Below are positions 12,153 through 25,853 of a stretch of DNA of 64,000 nucleotides, one piece after another. Position 1 is the stretch's first letter. Every line of letters starts with the position of its first letter. Made by a program: the position numbers and the translations under genes. This DNA comes from Mizuhopecten yessoensis (taxonomy: Eukaryota). A model generated the notes under the pieces. The model worked only from the letters and a program-made list of their open reading frames with translations, was not told the DNA's origin and made no database searches. The stretch lies in contig NW_018408472.1 of the NCBI RefSeq assembly GCF_002113885.1, positions 1 to 64,000 on the forward strand. Direction: 5' to 3'.

Positions 12153-12382
12153 CTGGGAAGCAAAAGAAAATACAAAATTCTTACCGTTATAATTTATAAA
12201 TCTAGAAAGAAGCAGAACACTTATGATTTGTGCAACCTTTAACATGCATCAAAGTTAGGAGCACATACATTTAACATTTTGTTTTATGTTTTTCAGAGAA
12301 ACATCGTATATGGAAACATCTTGTCTTTAATTGTAGAAAGGTTGTGCATCACAACCAGTAACTATGTATGTGTGATGTTTGA

Positions 12383-12985
12383 TTAGTACGATATGTACCT
12401 TATCACCTTCATCAGATAAATGACCTGGAGTATATGTACACAAAGGTGTAAAATATATGTAAGATAAAATGAAAGGTCAGGTCGTCATCTGGTATATAAA
12501 AGGAATATTTGAAACTATCCAGAGTATATATCGCGACCATGTCATAGCAGCAACCATAAAGCCCAGCAAGATGCTTCACAATATCCTTGTATACCCTTAG
12601 GATTGAACAGCAAAAGAAATGTAGTAAACAGCGTGTACAAAAGTGCATACAAGAACCGATTGTCATGCATCCTTTATCGGAGAAACTGATAGGCAAAAAT
12701 AGAGGTCCAACTTAGTGAATACCAAAAAAGAAACATGTTACTGACTGGAATAACTCCAAAGTATAAATGAACAGGGAGTTCCTGTTCAAGTGACAAATAA
12801 AGGAAGCCATCTGGATATACCGGTTCAACAGACAGGGCCAGTTCTGAACTGAGATGAGGGGGCTCATAGACTCTCACACATCTATATGACCAGTTAATAA
12901 ATAAAGCTTGCCAAATCAAATTGTTGGTTTGATTCGTCATTTCGTACATGTATAACAACTAATTGTACAAATGCATATACTGAGG
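12383..12985. repeat. Dispersed repeat remnant related to 2988-3135 (possible DNA-transposon derivative)
   Basis: tagtacgatatgtac...tcaccttcatcaga.aaatgacc is shared with ~2990. 12930-12980 resembles the reverse complement of 3087-3135. Confidence 0.4.
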
Positions 12986-13562
12986 CCTAGTTTTACCTAG
13001 GATTCTCTGCAGCTAAACCTTATTCATACTTTTATCATCGTTGACTTTTCACTGATGCTGTATTTTTACACAACACTTTCAATACTGTTTGAGCCTATTG
13101 GCTGTAACTTTGACTTTGGTATTCGCTATGAGTTGGTTTATTTTTTGATAAATAAAAACAATATTGCTACTTTAAGGATATAAACGCAGTTTTACTCCGA
13201 CTTGCATTTCCTGCATCTCCTATTCAAACGAGTTCCAAATTAAAACATCTTACTTCAGAAGTTTTAAAGGTTTACAGCTAGAACATAATAATTTATGTTC
13301 CTCTAAAGAATCAGATCAGTTAATGTAAAACGAGGTGTAAAGGGAGGTAACATCAAAACAAATTAGATATGAGAACCTCCTTCAAAACACAAGAATCTTT
13401 TTATTATTTTTCCAAATTCAATTAAGCTCTGAACATCATCAATAGCACCCTTAAAGGATTATTCTAGAGATAGTGGTAGAACAATATGATAGACTTTGTA
13501 GGGGCCCCATGATATATATGTACATGTAGCTATGTACAGGGGTTCAACTGACTGAAGCTACG

Positions 13563-14052
13563 TACATATACCACACAATCCCTGGATATGATACTAGCCC
13601 TGTTCTACATATTCTGTACATATACCACACAATCTTTGGATATGATACTAGCCCTGTTCTTCATATTCTGTACATATACCACACAGTCCTTGGATATGAT
13701 ACTAGCCCTAGTCTACATATTCTGTACATATACCACACAATCTTTGGATATGATACTAGCCCTGTTCTACATATTCTGTACATATACCACACAATCCTTG
13801 GATATGATACTTAAGCCCTGTTCTACATATCACACAATCCTTGGATATGAAACTAGCCCTGTTCTACATATTCTGTCCATATACCACACAATCCTTGGAT
13901 ATGAAACTAGCCCTGTTCTATATATTCTGTACATATACCACACAATCCTTGGATATGATACTAGCCCTGTTCTACATATTCTGTACATATACCACACAAT
14001 CCCTGGATATGATACTAGCCCTGTTCTACATATTCTGTATATATACCACACA
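13563..14052. repeat. 54-bp minisatellite (~9 units) in TAF10 intron 1
   Basis: Unit tacatataccacacaatccttggatatgatactagccctgttctacatattctg. Confidence 0.95.
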
Positions 14053-15042
14053 AAGAATATAATGTTTGCCAATGGCTACTTATACAGGAAACTTACAACC
14101 AGCAGGACGGGATTGAAAAGCATATCTTAATACAGGATGAACGCTTCATAATATCAAAACATTTGTCCCCTAAATCTATGTTTCATAAATAATGTGCGTG
14201 ATTTAACATTCAAATTAATGAAAATCAAAACTTGCAAAAGCCCATCTGTAATCTTGTAAATTTTTAAAACCTCTTTTCTAGATTATAATGTTCTCCACCC
14301 TATCATTAAGGTGCCATTTTTTTGTTTCAAAATATAAGTCAAACCGTCAAAATATTGTGAAGAATTTATTTGTTTCCTCATAATAAAAGCACAAAACTGA
14401 TTAAAATACTGGCATTTTAGTAAACATATACAGTCAATGTATAATAATCAACATAATCCAGGCTTGCGTCTACAACAGAAACGTTTTATAACATGCAACT
14501 AAAGATGACTAGATACTTAACTACGTATATATTTATACAATAAGCCATTAATAATTATACATAACAGTAAGAACAGTAATATGACCAGAATTCCACTAAC
14601 TGTAATAAAAGGATTGCAAAGATAAATAAGTCCATTATTTATCAAATTTTAAGGTAAACGGTACCACTACTTCAGTTTTAATTGCGAAGAATTCCACTCA
14701 AAAGGTTTTTTGAGTTGGAGTAGCCTCCCTTCTATATAAAAGATGAAGCAGTAAAAAGGAGTTTTACTGGCTTAGAGTAACTTCCCTTGTCAAGGTATTC
14801 ATGGGCTTTGTGACCCATACATGTTAATACTTTATAATTCCTTAATGACAACATTGGTATGTTCCGAGTTCAACCCTTGCACTTTTTTTTTCTCTCTCTA
14901 TTTTCAAACCATTCAAACAACTATATGTTATTCAGTAAAATGCATTACAGCATGAGATTTTTATCATAAACTTGAAAAAATATTTCACATTAGTGACAAT
15001 GATTATAATATAGTTGTTATAGGACTTGTTGGTACTCTTTAC

Positions 15043-15058
15043 CTTTAGGTCTATCCAT
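15043..15058 (-). CDS. TAF10: Probable TAF10 first coding exon (MDRPK + G)
   Basis: ATG GAT AGA CCT AAA G|GTAAAG gives a phase-1 donor that joins the 12152 exon in frame. Total CDS 426 nt (141 aa). An alternative phase-1 start exon exists at 15222-15249. Confidence 0.55.
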
Positions 15059-16184
15059 ATTAATGAACAGGAACACAACCAACCTTTATATCTCAACATG
15101 TTATAAACCAAATATTAATCCCGAAACAAAATCCTTCTTTTTCTATTACACATGTCATTCAGCAGCATTGAAGTGATATAGACACAGAAGAAATTGGAAA
15201 TGAATCCATCGATTAAATTACCCACAATTTTATTTGTCTTCAGCTTCATTTTTGACAACCTTATCAATTTGTAAACAAAACGTATGACATCTATATAATG
15301 TCACCCACTTGTCATTCATGACTACAACTACACAACCATTCTTATCTCAATGTTGTAATTGTTGGTGTAACAATTGTTCACAGTGAACACTGATATTTCC
15401 AAGTAAATCAAGACGTGATATTTTAAAACAATTTTCTCATTTTTAAGACGACAACTTGTGCCAGTGATAATATGAAATATTAATTAATTAAAAAGTACTG
15501 AAAAGATATGTAAGAATAGTAATTTAAGATGTGCTTTCGGAGAAATATAATTGGACTAGTAACCCTGAATCATCAAGATTGTTGGTGACTAGACAATAGG
15601 ACATTATACATCAGTAGGCCTAGGTTGTAACTGACTTTTATCTGGTTTAGGACTACTTGATATAATTGGAACACAGACTTGAATACATTATAAACACAAT
15701 ATTACCGTGAACAGATATATGTTCACCTCACCTACATGTAACGCGTTTACATTGTGCTTTTCAAATATGTATCTGCTCCATGTTGGATTTTTCTTTTCAT
15801 TTAATATCTTTTAAGTATATGACATTTACACCATGTTAAACATTTTACCTCATTTTTATGGTTGATAAGGTGATTTTATAAAAGTATGGAAGAACATCTC
15901 TCATTATATCCTATAATTATATAATGCATAGCACTTAGACTGCATCAATATTATATTTCTAACGATTTTAAGGGAAAAAGTATTTCTCTAAGGATAGTTT
16001 TGTTTCATTCCTTTCAATTTTTCATTCTCAAAAGAAATATCTTCATAGAATTTTCATCAAACATTTCACAATGTTGGACAAAATATGCATCTACTTCCAG
16101 TGAAGAATTACTTAAAATTCAAATTTACAGCACAACCTTAACAAATGAGTCATCAATTCATGTTTTAAGTTTGATATGTATACA

Positions 16185-16382
16185 TGTCAACAGAAAGGTA
16201 GTACATGTATAAGTTATGGTGTTTGTCAACAGGAAGGTAGTACATGTTTGAGTTATGGTGTTTGTCAACAGAAAGGTAGTACATGTATAAGTTATGGTGT
16301 TTGTCAACAGAAAGGTAGTACATGTATAAGTTATGGTGTTTGTCAACAGGAAGGTAGTACATGTATAAGTTATGGTGTTTGT
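16185..16382. repeat. 39-bp minisatellite (~5 units)
   Basis: Unit gtcaacagaaaggtagtacatgtataagttatggtgttt. Confidence 0.93.
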
Positions 16383-17207
16383 GAAAAGAAAATGACATGC
16401 CAGGATTTTATAGTAGACAAAGTTAAATTACAGTATTCGCCAAAATTACCACCCAGGGCAGGTAGAAATTGGCTTAAAGAGGTACACTTATTCAGATAAT
16501 AACATGTAAGTTATGATAGAAAAGGTTGTGCAATCTTTTTATCGTCATTTTAGCGGAAGGACATTATACAATTCCAGAGTTTCTGGATGGAGGTTTGGAA
16601 ATTTATGTTTTATACGCTTCGTGGGAAGTCCAGCCATGATCACCAGTCTGAAATGTCTGCTTTAACTTTTTTAAGTATTTTATATCAGTTGCAGGGCCCT
16701 GTCAGAACTGGGAGGAGGAGGGGTTATATCATTTCAATTCCTCCCAAACAAAAGGGGAGGGGCACTAATTACTGCAAATACACACAATATATTAGTTTTG
16801 TTATTAAGAATCATGGTGAAGGTTTTGTCTAATAAACAATATATGTAAATAATACCTGAAACAAGTAATTCTTTGGCCACAACCTAAATAAAGGACACCC
16901 TGAGAAGAAAAGCTAAATCATGGGACTATTATATGCTACTTTTTTTAAAATGCCACAACTACTTCTCAAATTGTAGTCTACTCTAAGTATCACTTCCTCA
17001 AGAAGACATTTCTCCAGGAAGTTGCCTTGCTGCTGGAAGACATTGAAGAAATATATTTGTTTTACTTTTAGTGATAAATTCCTAAATCTTAACATCTGGA
17101 TATTTTCTAATAATTAATTTGGAACTCCAAGCTTTCTCTTGTAAACATATATTCTTTGTATTTGTAAAACAGGTAAAAACAGACCATAACACAATGCTTT
17201 ATAAATG

Positions 17208-17695
17208 CTTGTTTGTGGTTTAACGTCCTTACAGCAACAGTCAGGGTCATATATGAGGACAGGTGTCTCCATAAACAGTCAGGGTCATATAGGAGGACAG
17301 GTGTCTCCATAAACAGTCAGGGTCATATATGAGGACAGGTGTCTCCATAAACAGTCAGGGTCATATAGGAGGACAGGTGTCTCCATAAACAGTCAGGGTC
17401 ATATAGGAGGACAGGTGTCTCCATAAACAGTCAGGGTCATATAGGATAGGTGTCTCCATAAACTAACAGGGTCATATAGGAGGACAGGTGTCTCCATAAA
17501 CAGTCAGGGTCATATAGGAGGACAGGTGTCTCCATAAACAAAGAGGGTCATATATGAGGACAGGTGTCTCCATAAACAAACAGGGTCATATAGGAGGACA
17601 GGTGTCTCCATAAACAAACAGGGTCATATATGAGGACAGGTGTCTCCATAAACAGTCAGGGTCATATATGAGGACAGGTGTCTCCATAAACAAAC
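17208..17695. repeat. 38-bp minisatellite (~12 units) growing out of a SINE-like 3' end
   Basis: Unit cagtcagggtcatataggaggacaggtgtctccataaa, preceded by ttgtttgtggtttaacgtcc, which resembles the reverse-strand tail of mollusc SINEs. Confidence 0.9.
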
Positions 17696-20600
17696 ATATC
17701 GGTAAAAGACGAAAAAATACATCAAAAATAATTTGCTGTTTTTGTGACGATCTTTGACATTGTGAATTGCTTTTGTGAACCGTTTTGAAGAAAGTAAAAC
17801 AAGAATGGTAAAACCAGCAGATTGAGTTTGTAGAGTAAAACAACATTGGTTTAAAGTGCAGACTTTCAGATATCATGTATCTAGTGAACAATGGTTAACA
17901 TGACTAAATTAACAAATGCTAATGAACAAACATATTAAAATTCTGATTCTCTTAAAATAAAACAGCCGATAAACGTACAGTCATAAATGTTTCAGAATAC
18001 AAAAAATAATAAGGCTTGACATCGAAAAATTGTTTTCAATTGACACATTGATTAATTGTGATTTACAATCATCAGTACTCATTTTTTAAAAGGTTATGTG
18101 ATAAAGAAATTTTAATTTAGCATCAACTGTACTACATGTGCGAAGAAAACTTATTTGATTGGAATATTGCTGATTTTTCTCAGATAATATCCTATCAATA
18201 GTCATTTCATAAAACTGCTTCTTGTTATTGTGTCACACTTTTTCACAAATCATACCAAACTTATTTTGAACGCAGATGATATATATGGAGCACAATGCTA
18301 TTCACTCTATTTAAGGTAACAATGTATCACCGTTCAAAAAGGCGTTGGCTTTTTAAAGTTCGGTCTCAATATTAATGCAACTGTTGCATTTTTAACTTCA
18401 ACTGGGCATGGAGAGACATCAACACTAACCAAACCTTCCAATCTTTGTATTCTCACTGTACACTGTGTCATATATAATTTGCATACCAGCATTTAAAATA
18501 ATTAAAAAAAATGTGATACAAATAACTAACAAATAAAAAAAATAAAAAAAACCAATTACATGACAGCTGACTACCAAATATTATTATAAGGATACATAGT
18601 TACATGTATATATAAAGAAATTATACAACCTTTAAAAACAATATACACCATATATATATGTATATGTATAGACCTTACCAGGCAAAATTACACCATACAA
18701 ATACAATAGCAATTTAATAATAGTTCCAACAGATCAAAATTTTGTACACAAGATTGATGGAAGTAGGACAAAAAAATCCACAACCAAGTATTAAAACAAT
18801 TAGGTGTATATAAACATTAAAATTGGCAAGAATATACATAACTGAAATGTAAGAAACTGACAAAATGTATCAAGTGACAGATCTAGGGTGTGGTAAATTT
18901 AAGCATCCCAAAAGACAATCCTGCTCCAACATTTAAAACATTAAAAAACTCATCAGTTTTTACAGCTTCAAGTCAAAAGTAGAATTCAGCAAAAAACTCT
19001 GTTGAGGAGAAAATACTTCTATAAAAGTCAACAGATACTTATTACTTAGCTGAACCTTCAAAGCATTTCACTCCAACTGGCCTCGGTAATCCCTAGGTTA
19101 CCATAGCAGACTTACACATTGTTGTACTGCTAATGTGAGTGAGCATGATAAATTTAATGTAAAACAACGACACAATCTTGGCAGCATAAGAAGGACAATA
19201 TATAAAGTGACCACAGACTTGTTTAACAACACTAGGTCAGTGATTAAATGAGATTTACCTCCCTTTTATCAGATCCTGTTATTTTAAGGGGAAGACAACT
19301 CTGACAAACCTTATTTGGCATTTGGATGTCTACCAAAACAAATTCAAGCATTCTCCAATGAAACATCTTACAAGATAATTCAACTAAAACATTTCAAGCA
19401 TTTTCCAATAGGACATCTTACAACAATATATTTTTTGGAATTAAATCTGCAATCAGTCCACCAAAATATGTGAAATTGCAACATTGAAATATATTATTAA
19501 ATGTATACTATGATTTATGTATGGCGATAAAGAGTGATACCTTGACATACATGTCCCAGGATAACAGCCTAAATACAGTTCTGTGTAAAGTGTGTGACAT
19601 GCTTAAGATTGTTTGACATTCTCTAAGAACATTTTAAACAAAAGCAGAAGTCGTAGTATCAAAAACATTTTAACATTATTTTTTTCTCAATAATTATTAT
19701 CTTAACTCATTCACCCCTCAAGACTCATTTGAAGTCTTCCAAATCAAAGGTTGGAATAGTTCATTATAAAATTTCAGGGGTGAATGAGTCAAAACATGCA
19801 TCATAAATAGTTAGGAGTATGTTTATCCTTATTACAAGAATATCTTAAATGTACCTTGATACAAAATTGTAAGAAGACCATGCTTTCCAATCCACTGTAC
19901 TGGAGTGTTTTAATGAGACCAACACTTGTTCTAAAATAGCCTCAGAGAAAATGAAATTAAGATAACAAAATTTGCTGTTAGATGAGTCATGAGTCATGTT
20001 TGGCATGGTAAATTAAACCAAGAACATTTCCGTGATCAAATCAATCCATTTTACTTTAATTGCATTATTGTTTCAACATATTCCATGGTGTTATAATAAA
20101 GATATATATGTACCTGTATTAGATCCTGTCACGAAAATAATTCACATTTTTATAGATAAAACATAACCATTTGTTTATTTAGATTATTATATTCTTGTAT
20201 TTACTTCATACATGAAATAAGAATTTTCTGATATATATTTTTTTTTTTTTTTTTTTTTTATAAGTACTGTATTGTAAATTCTTATTTAATTTCGTATAAA
20301 TATAAAGGTTTGTAATTTATTCTAAAATGTTATAATTTTATTGGGGAAAAAATAGCATGTAATGATATAAAATTAGGATAAAGAACAAATAGGAAGAGGA
20401 AAAGCTATACAAGATATATATACTTCTATATGAGAACTACTATGTTCTGTTCATCAAGGCAATTTAACAAGCTATATATAGCGATAGAGATATTACTAGC
20501 ATGTTTACAGGAAAACACTAACAGTGATTGTACTGTGTACAGCAGTTATCATAATTTAGTGCTTTCGATTTAGCATGAAAAGTGTGAAAATATTATAACA

Positions 20601-21967
20601 AGTATAATAGGTATCCTGAAAGTGATTTAAAAATCTAAATACTAGTGTTCTTATCATTGTTTCACAATATTCTGGTCATTTCAGGCTTGCTGTACCACTT
20701 AGGTATACTACATGTATATACCTGTTCAGGTTATATAACATGCATCTGTTTTCACGAGTATGGCAATTTCCAAATTACAAAAAGATATACACATGAAAAA
20801 ACTCTACTACAAAATGCTTCAACTAATGCAAAACAGCTGGTAAACAAAGGAATTGTTAATACTTAATACAAGCTTGCATTGTTTTTGTCTGGAGTTGACA
20901 AAATATACATTGCATAAATTTGGACAAGACACACTCTTACATACCTGTATAGATAACAAAAACAATATTCAAAGGGAGTTATCTCCCCTATGACTTTTTG
21001 GCAATAATTGACTTAGAATTAAGGTAAAAGTGTGCATATTGATCAGCAGATGACAAAGACTAGCATGGTGACAACAGTTACCGCCCATATTACCAAGACT
21101 CTTCATCAGTAAAATCTTATTCAGCTGGACACTTGGATTTCCCCTTTAAAACCTTCGATAAGTACCGATTACCGATACATTTAATTTATGGTATACATAA
21201 TGCATCCAAAACACTAGTCACACCACACTGCCTATTACTTAAATAGTTTCACAATCTAACATCTAGCCCTAATTGGCCATTTTGAATACAGATACGTTTA
21301 TCCTTTCGCACAAATTTCAGGTCACGTTGTTTCTAAAGCTATTGACAGTTTTATGCGAAACAAATAAATTTTGATAGGCATATCACATCTATTTTTCCAT
21401 ACAAAACTGTACCGATAATTCAGAAAGCTATACAGGCATATAATCTTTGATCATAAATATGTTTTTGTCCCTTAGACTAGCAACAAAATACTTGTATTTT
21501 CTTAAATAAATATCATAAAACTGTGAAAATTATATTTTTAAAAGCCTTGCAAAAAATATGCAAGGAATCATTAAGATGTCAGCATATGATCATTTGATAA
21601 TAAACAAAACTTGCCGGTTATCTATCAAAACATTCCTTGTCACTTTGTCTTTTTGAAGCTCTCACAAATCACCCCACACTGACATATAGATTATACATTG
21701 GCATTTTGTGATACTCCTGGTAACGAAATACAGTAATATTAACACCCCTATCATAAATGTTGATACAAATAAAGGTACTCCAGATGCTAAACCTGCTGAT
21801 ATAGAACTCAGTTTAAGGTGTGATTCAAGGAATATAGCTCCATGCTGCTAACACCACCATTCCTTAAATGAATTCATTTAGATATATACGAAACAGTCCA
21901 TAAGGTGCTTTTTCATGGGAGGAAAGCTAAGCTGAATAAAGTTTTGGAAACTGTGGACCTATTGGCT

Positions 21968-22720
21968 TTACTGAGGGACATCAAAAGAGTACTTTGGCTC
22001 TGCATATCCATCTGTGCCATATTCCCGCTTCTTCTCTTCAGACAGTTTGGGTGTCTCAGGTTTGGATTCCCAGAAATGAACAATTTCCTGGTCAGAAGGG
22101 CATGATTTGCGAAAGGTATCATCTGCATAAGCATTCTTAAGATATCTCCAAAGTCCAACCATATCTGCAGGGATGTCAAAATCCTTAAATGCCTTGGCTG
22201 CGACACGAATATGTTGCAACTTTGGAAGCATCAAGCAGTCGAGGTGTTTTAACTCATTACCGCAAAGGTAAAGAGAATCCACACCCTCCAGGTAGTCGTT
22301 AATTGCTTGTAATTCCTTTAGGAGGTTCTCAGGACCGTGGCTCACCTGCTTAATGTAGAAGGAAAACTTGGAGAAGATATCTAAACACACGCTATGAGCA
22401 AGCATGTTGTCATATCTCAAACCTGGGTACGGAAAGTTCTCATCAATGTACTGCACAATCTCATCATTATCAGACAATATTTCATCGCCATGTTTTAAGA
22501 CTGGAAGTCGGTTGGCCAATTTCTTAAACTCTGCTGGTGGGCGGGCCATGTTGATTGTGATGACATCAAAAGTCAGCTCTCCTGCTTTTCCCTTCCTGTC
22601 CAAAATCATGTAGAATCGTTGGCAGTTTATACATGCCCCTAAACATTCTCCATCCTTTCCAGCACGAACATAAAGCTCAACATGATTCGTAGGCAGGCTG
22701 CTTTGGCCGTTAACACTCAT
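21968..22720 (-). CDS. CLIC: Chloride intracellular channel (CLIC/exc-4 family, GST fold), 250 aa, uninterrupted CDS
   Basis: VELYVRAGKDGECLGACINCQRFYM, INMARPPAEF, LPVLKHG, DIFSKFSFYIK, DCLMLPKLQHIRVAAKAFKDFDIP, LWRYLKNAY and CPSDQEI are all CLIC signatures. ATG at 22720 in an AACATCATG context. Confidence 0.95.
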   Translation of the reverse strand: MSVNGQSSLPTNHVELYVRAGKDGECLGACINCQRFYMILDRKGKAGELTFDVITINMARPPAEFKKLANRLPVLKHGDEILSDNDEIVQYIDENFPYPGLRYDNMLAHSVCLDIFSKFSFYIKQVSHGPENLLKELQAINDYLEGVDSLYLCGNELKHLDCLMLPKLQHIRVAAKAFKDFDIPADMVGLWRYLKNAYADDTFRKSCPSDQEIVHFWESKPETPKLSEEKKREYGTDGYAEPKYSFDVPQ

Positions 22721-23062
22721 GATGTTTGTGTAACAAAACACTAACAAGTCAAAATTCTGTTGCTTATCACCTGTCAAAAACAGGTGTATTCATTCAAAAA
22801 TTCCACAACTGAGAAATTTTAATCCAAACTTATTCAACAACAATTCTGTGTGTTGTCTCACAGTACTTTATAAATCACTGTATGAATCCTAAATCCACCT
22901 TTATCACTGAGAAGATTGATTAATATCCACAGAGATGTGCTTCAACAGAACTTCAAAATCCAACTCTTAATCACTAGGATACTTTGAATTCAGCTGAATC
23001 ACTCAGATGCTTGGATGACTCTACTTGTTAGATCGGCATGGACTATGGTGAAATGGACCAAT

Positions 23063-23086
23063 CTGAAAGAAGAAAGATGGGTTAGT
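23063..23086 (-). promoter_or_regulatory. Strong 3' splice site for the CLIC coding exon (branch point ACTAAC, polypyrimidine tract, CAG)
   Basis: Minus strand reads aaACTAACccatctttcttctttCAG|attgg. This implies ~340 nt of 5' UTR in this exon and at least one upstream exon. Confidence 0.7.
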
Positions 23087-25853
23087 TTGAGAAAGTGTCT
23101 GTAGATTGGCTTTTTTTTAAACTACAGCAATAGATTAAAGTTGCAAAAACTCACTTCCCAGCATACGGTAGGTTATTTCGAGGGGAGACAATGAAATTCA
23201 TAGGAGGCAAAATATAATCTATTGATCAGAGAAATAAAGTAAGTTCAGCCAAAGGTTTGATTTATTTTCGCATGAAATATGACCTGGGGCTTAAATTATT
23301 CACTGATCTACAATAAAGCAGAGTCATCCATGCAAGCAGTGCCCAGGTTTTACAACCAGAAACAATGTTGCCCAAGGCCAAGTCGACTAATGTTTCCATT
23401 TCCTTGCTACCTATGTGTGTCAGTGTAGCAAACATCCTAAACAGAACGACAGATGCACAAATGAACGAAACACATGAGATCTCAGTTGTGAGACAGTAAC
23501 AGCAAGGATTAATCAAGATCATGACCGCCAAAAACTATATAGCTTTGATTTCATGCAATAGTGAAACACTTACTGAATCCTGTACAAGTATACATTGTAA
23601 TATCTTAATTGTTTTAAATGTAGTTTACAACACAACTCAGGCTCCTACACTACAGCATTTCAAACCGATGGAAATAGATTGAGTCACAACATAATGTCTA
23701 AAGAAATTTGCATGATCAAGACAATTTTAATGCACAAACATTTTCTTTATGTCTTATCATCTTCAGCTTGTTCAACATAATACATTTTTGGGTGTTTAAA
23801 CGTTCTGTCAGCCCAGAGATCTAGAGCAGCATCTGAACCTTAGCCAGATCGACTCCACACTGTCGGAGGAGATTGTATTGGCCTTTAAACAGGATCTTCC
23901 AATAATTGTAAAGATACGTTTTATCTCAGAGCCTGTACATGGTGAAATTATAACTTGTCTATAAGTCATTCTGTGTAAGTATATATATGTTCTTCCTTCA
24001 GTAAATTTGATGATGCCCATACAAATGTATTCATTTCATACGTTTTAAAATAAAACTAAAAGTAAAATGTGTTTGATTCGGGCTAAAAATAGCTACATGT
24101 TTAGATTAAATGCTTTGAATTCGAAGACCTGTAGAGGTTTAGATTTTCATGAATGTAAATCCTGATGATAGTAATTATCAATAATCAGTTGTGGGTCAGA
24201 CATATATATATTAACTAATGGTTTTGTATGTCTCATACAGCAATGATTTACTTATCATAACTTTTAGACAGATTCTGCTAGATTTGTAATACAAATTAAA
24301 TTATAACAGGCGAATTTAAGAATTTAAGAAAAATTACTGAAATAAAAACAACCACTTAGTTTTAGAAAATCTTCCAGAGAAAGGCTGTATAGTAAAAATC
24401 TTGACCACAAAAAAACACCCAAATTTATAAACTCTTTCATATAAATTCTGATATAAAACAAGAAAAGAAAATTCATTAAATATTATCAATTACCTTACCT
24501 GATTCTTGTGTTACATGAAAATATATTCCTGTATGATTCCGATTGTCTACAATTCATTCGGATATTTAAATGAAGGCTAAGCTATAAATCATTAATCGTT
24601 GATTTCATATTCAGTAGAATACATCCCAGCAATAAAGACGTAAAAATCCCCAACACCAAGCCTCTGTGTTTATACTGTTGAAAGTGAGATAAATGTCCAT
24701 AAAATAATCTCTTATCCTACAGGGAGTTCTGACCCGAATTCCTACCTGTCAAAGGTAAATCACAGGTAAGTTACAGGTAAGATGAGAGAGAAATTTACAA
24801 GTAAGATTACACATAATTAGGCGAAGGCCTTAGGGGATCATGACCTCTGTCACAAGCTATATGGAGTTCCAATACATGGTAGGATGAATGATGACCGATC
24901 AAAATATTTACAGGAAGAATCATCAATGGGGAAGTCTATGCATTGCCTGTAGAAGTTGTGTCAAAACACCTTGCACCTACCGTGAATGTAGAATAGTAAT
25001 CAATTATATCAGTCAATTTGTAAGAATATCCATTATCATGATCCACGCTTCAAACAACTTAATATTTGAATCTGGTAAAATGTTGTATGATAAAAAATAA
25101 CGCACTGTAATTATAAATCCCTTGTGTTAATTTATCTGTCAGTGGAAATATTGCAAGATCTATTTATTTTCACAAGTAATCGCAATGTGAACTATATACA
25201 TTGGGAAAAAACACAAGTGACTTAAAGTAATATCACATTTGGGCATAAATTCATTTAAATTTTGCACAAGATACACTGTACAATGTCAATTCCAAATCAT
25301 GTTAAGGTCTCGATCAGGTCACATCGATATCCTGCGGTAATCTCATTTTGCTAGCACATAATCTATGTAACCCAAAGTAGGGGGACAGGCTTTCTTCTGA
25401 ACCAATAGAAACACAGCTAGTCTGTAACTATTTTACACCACCTTAATTTTGACACGATTGACTGCCAGTGAAATCAAGAACACTGAAATGAAAACTCAAT
25501 AACTATATGTTACAGAATCAATAAGTTTTCTACACCATATTACATGTTACAGTGCATGTAACGCCCTACGTATCCCCTACAGTTACAGTAGTGTTACAGC
25601 AAACAGGAGCAAAACTCGCAAGGAATCGGTCAACACTGTTGTTAACAAGCAACATCACTGTAGAACATCCGCTAACTCAACTCCAAAAATATTTTTCAGC
25701 TACTGTTCTATAATTATATCACAAACTAGCCTCTAGGATGATTTATATTGGCGATCGTATCTCCATAAAAATGACATAATTAGTTCAAAACTAATACTCA
25801 CAAGCAAAATGTAGCACTTGCAATTGACCAGTGTATAAATTGAGGTCCTCTGA

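Noticed and set aside
13588-17891. Short repetitive ORFs in the 54-, 39- and 38-bp arrays
   Set aside because: They are minisatellite translations with frameshifts and no recognisable protein features.
22721-22777. TTG start for CLIC given by the ORF track (269 aa)
   Set aside because: A non-ATG start is unlikely in a metazoan. The ATG at 22720 has good context and gives a normal CLIC length. The extension would be translated only by splicing at 22770.
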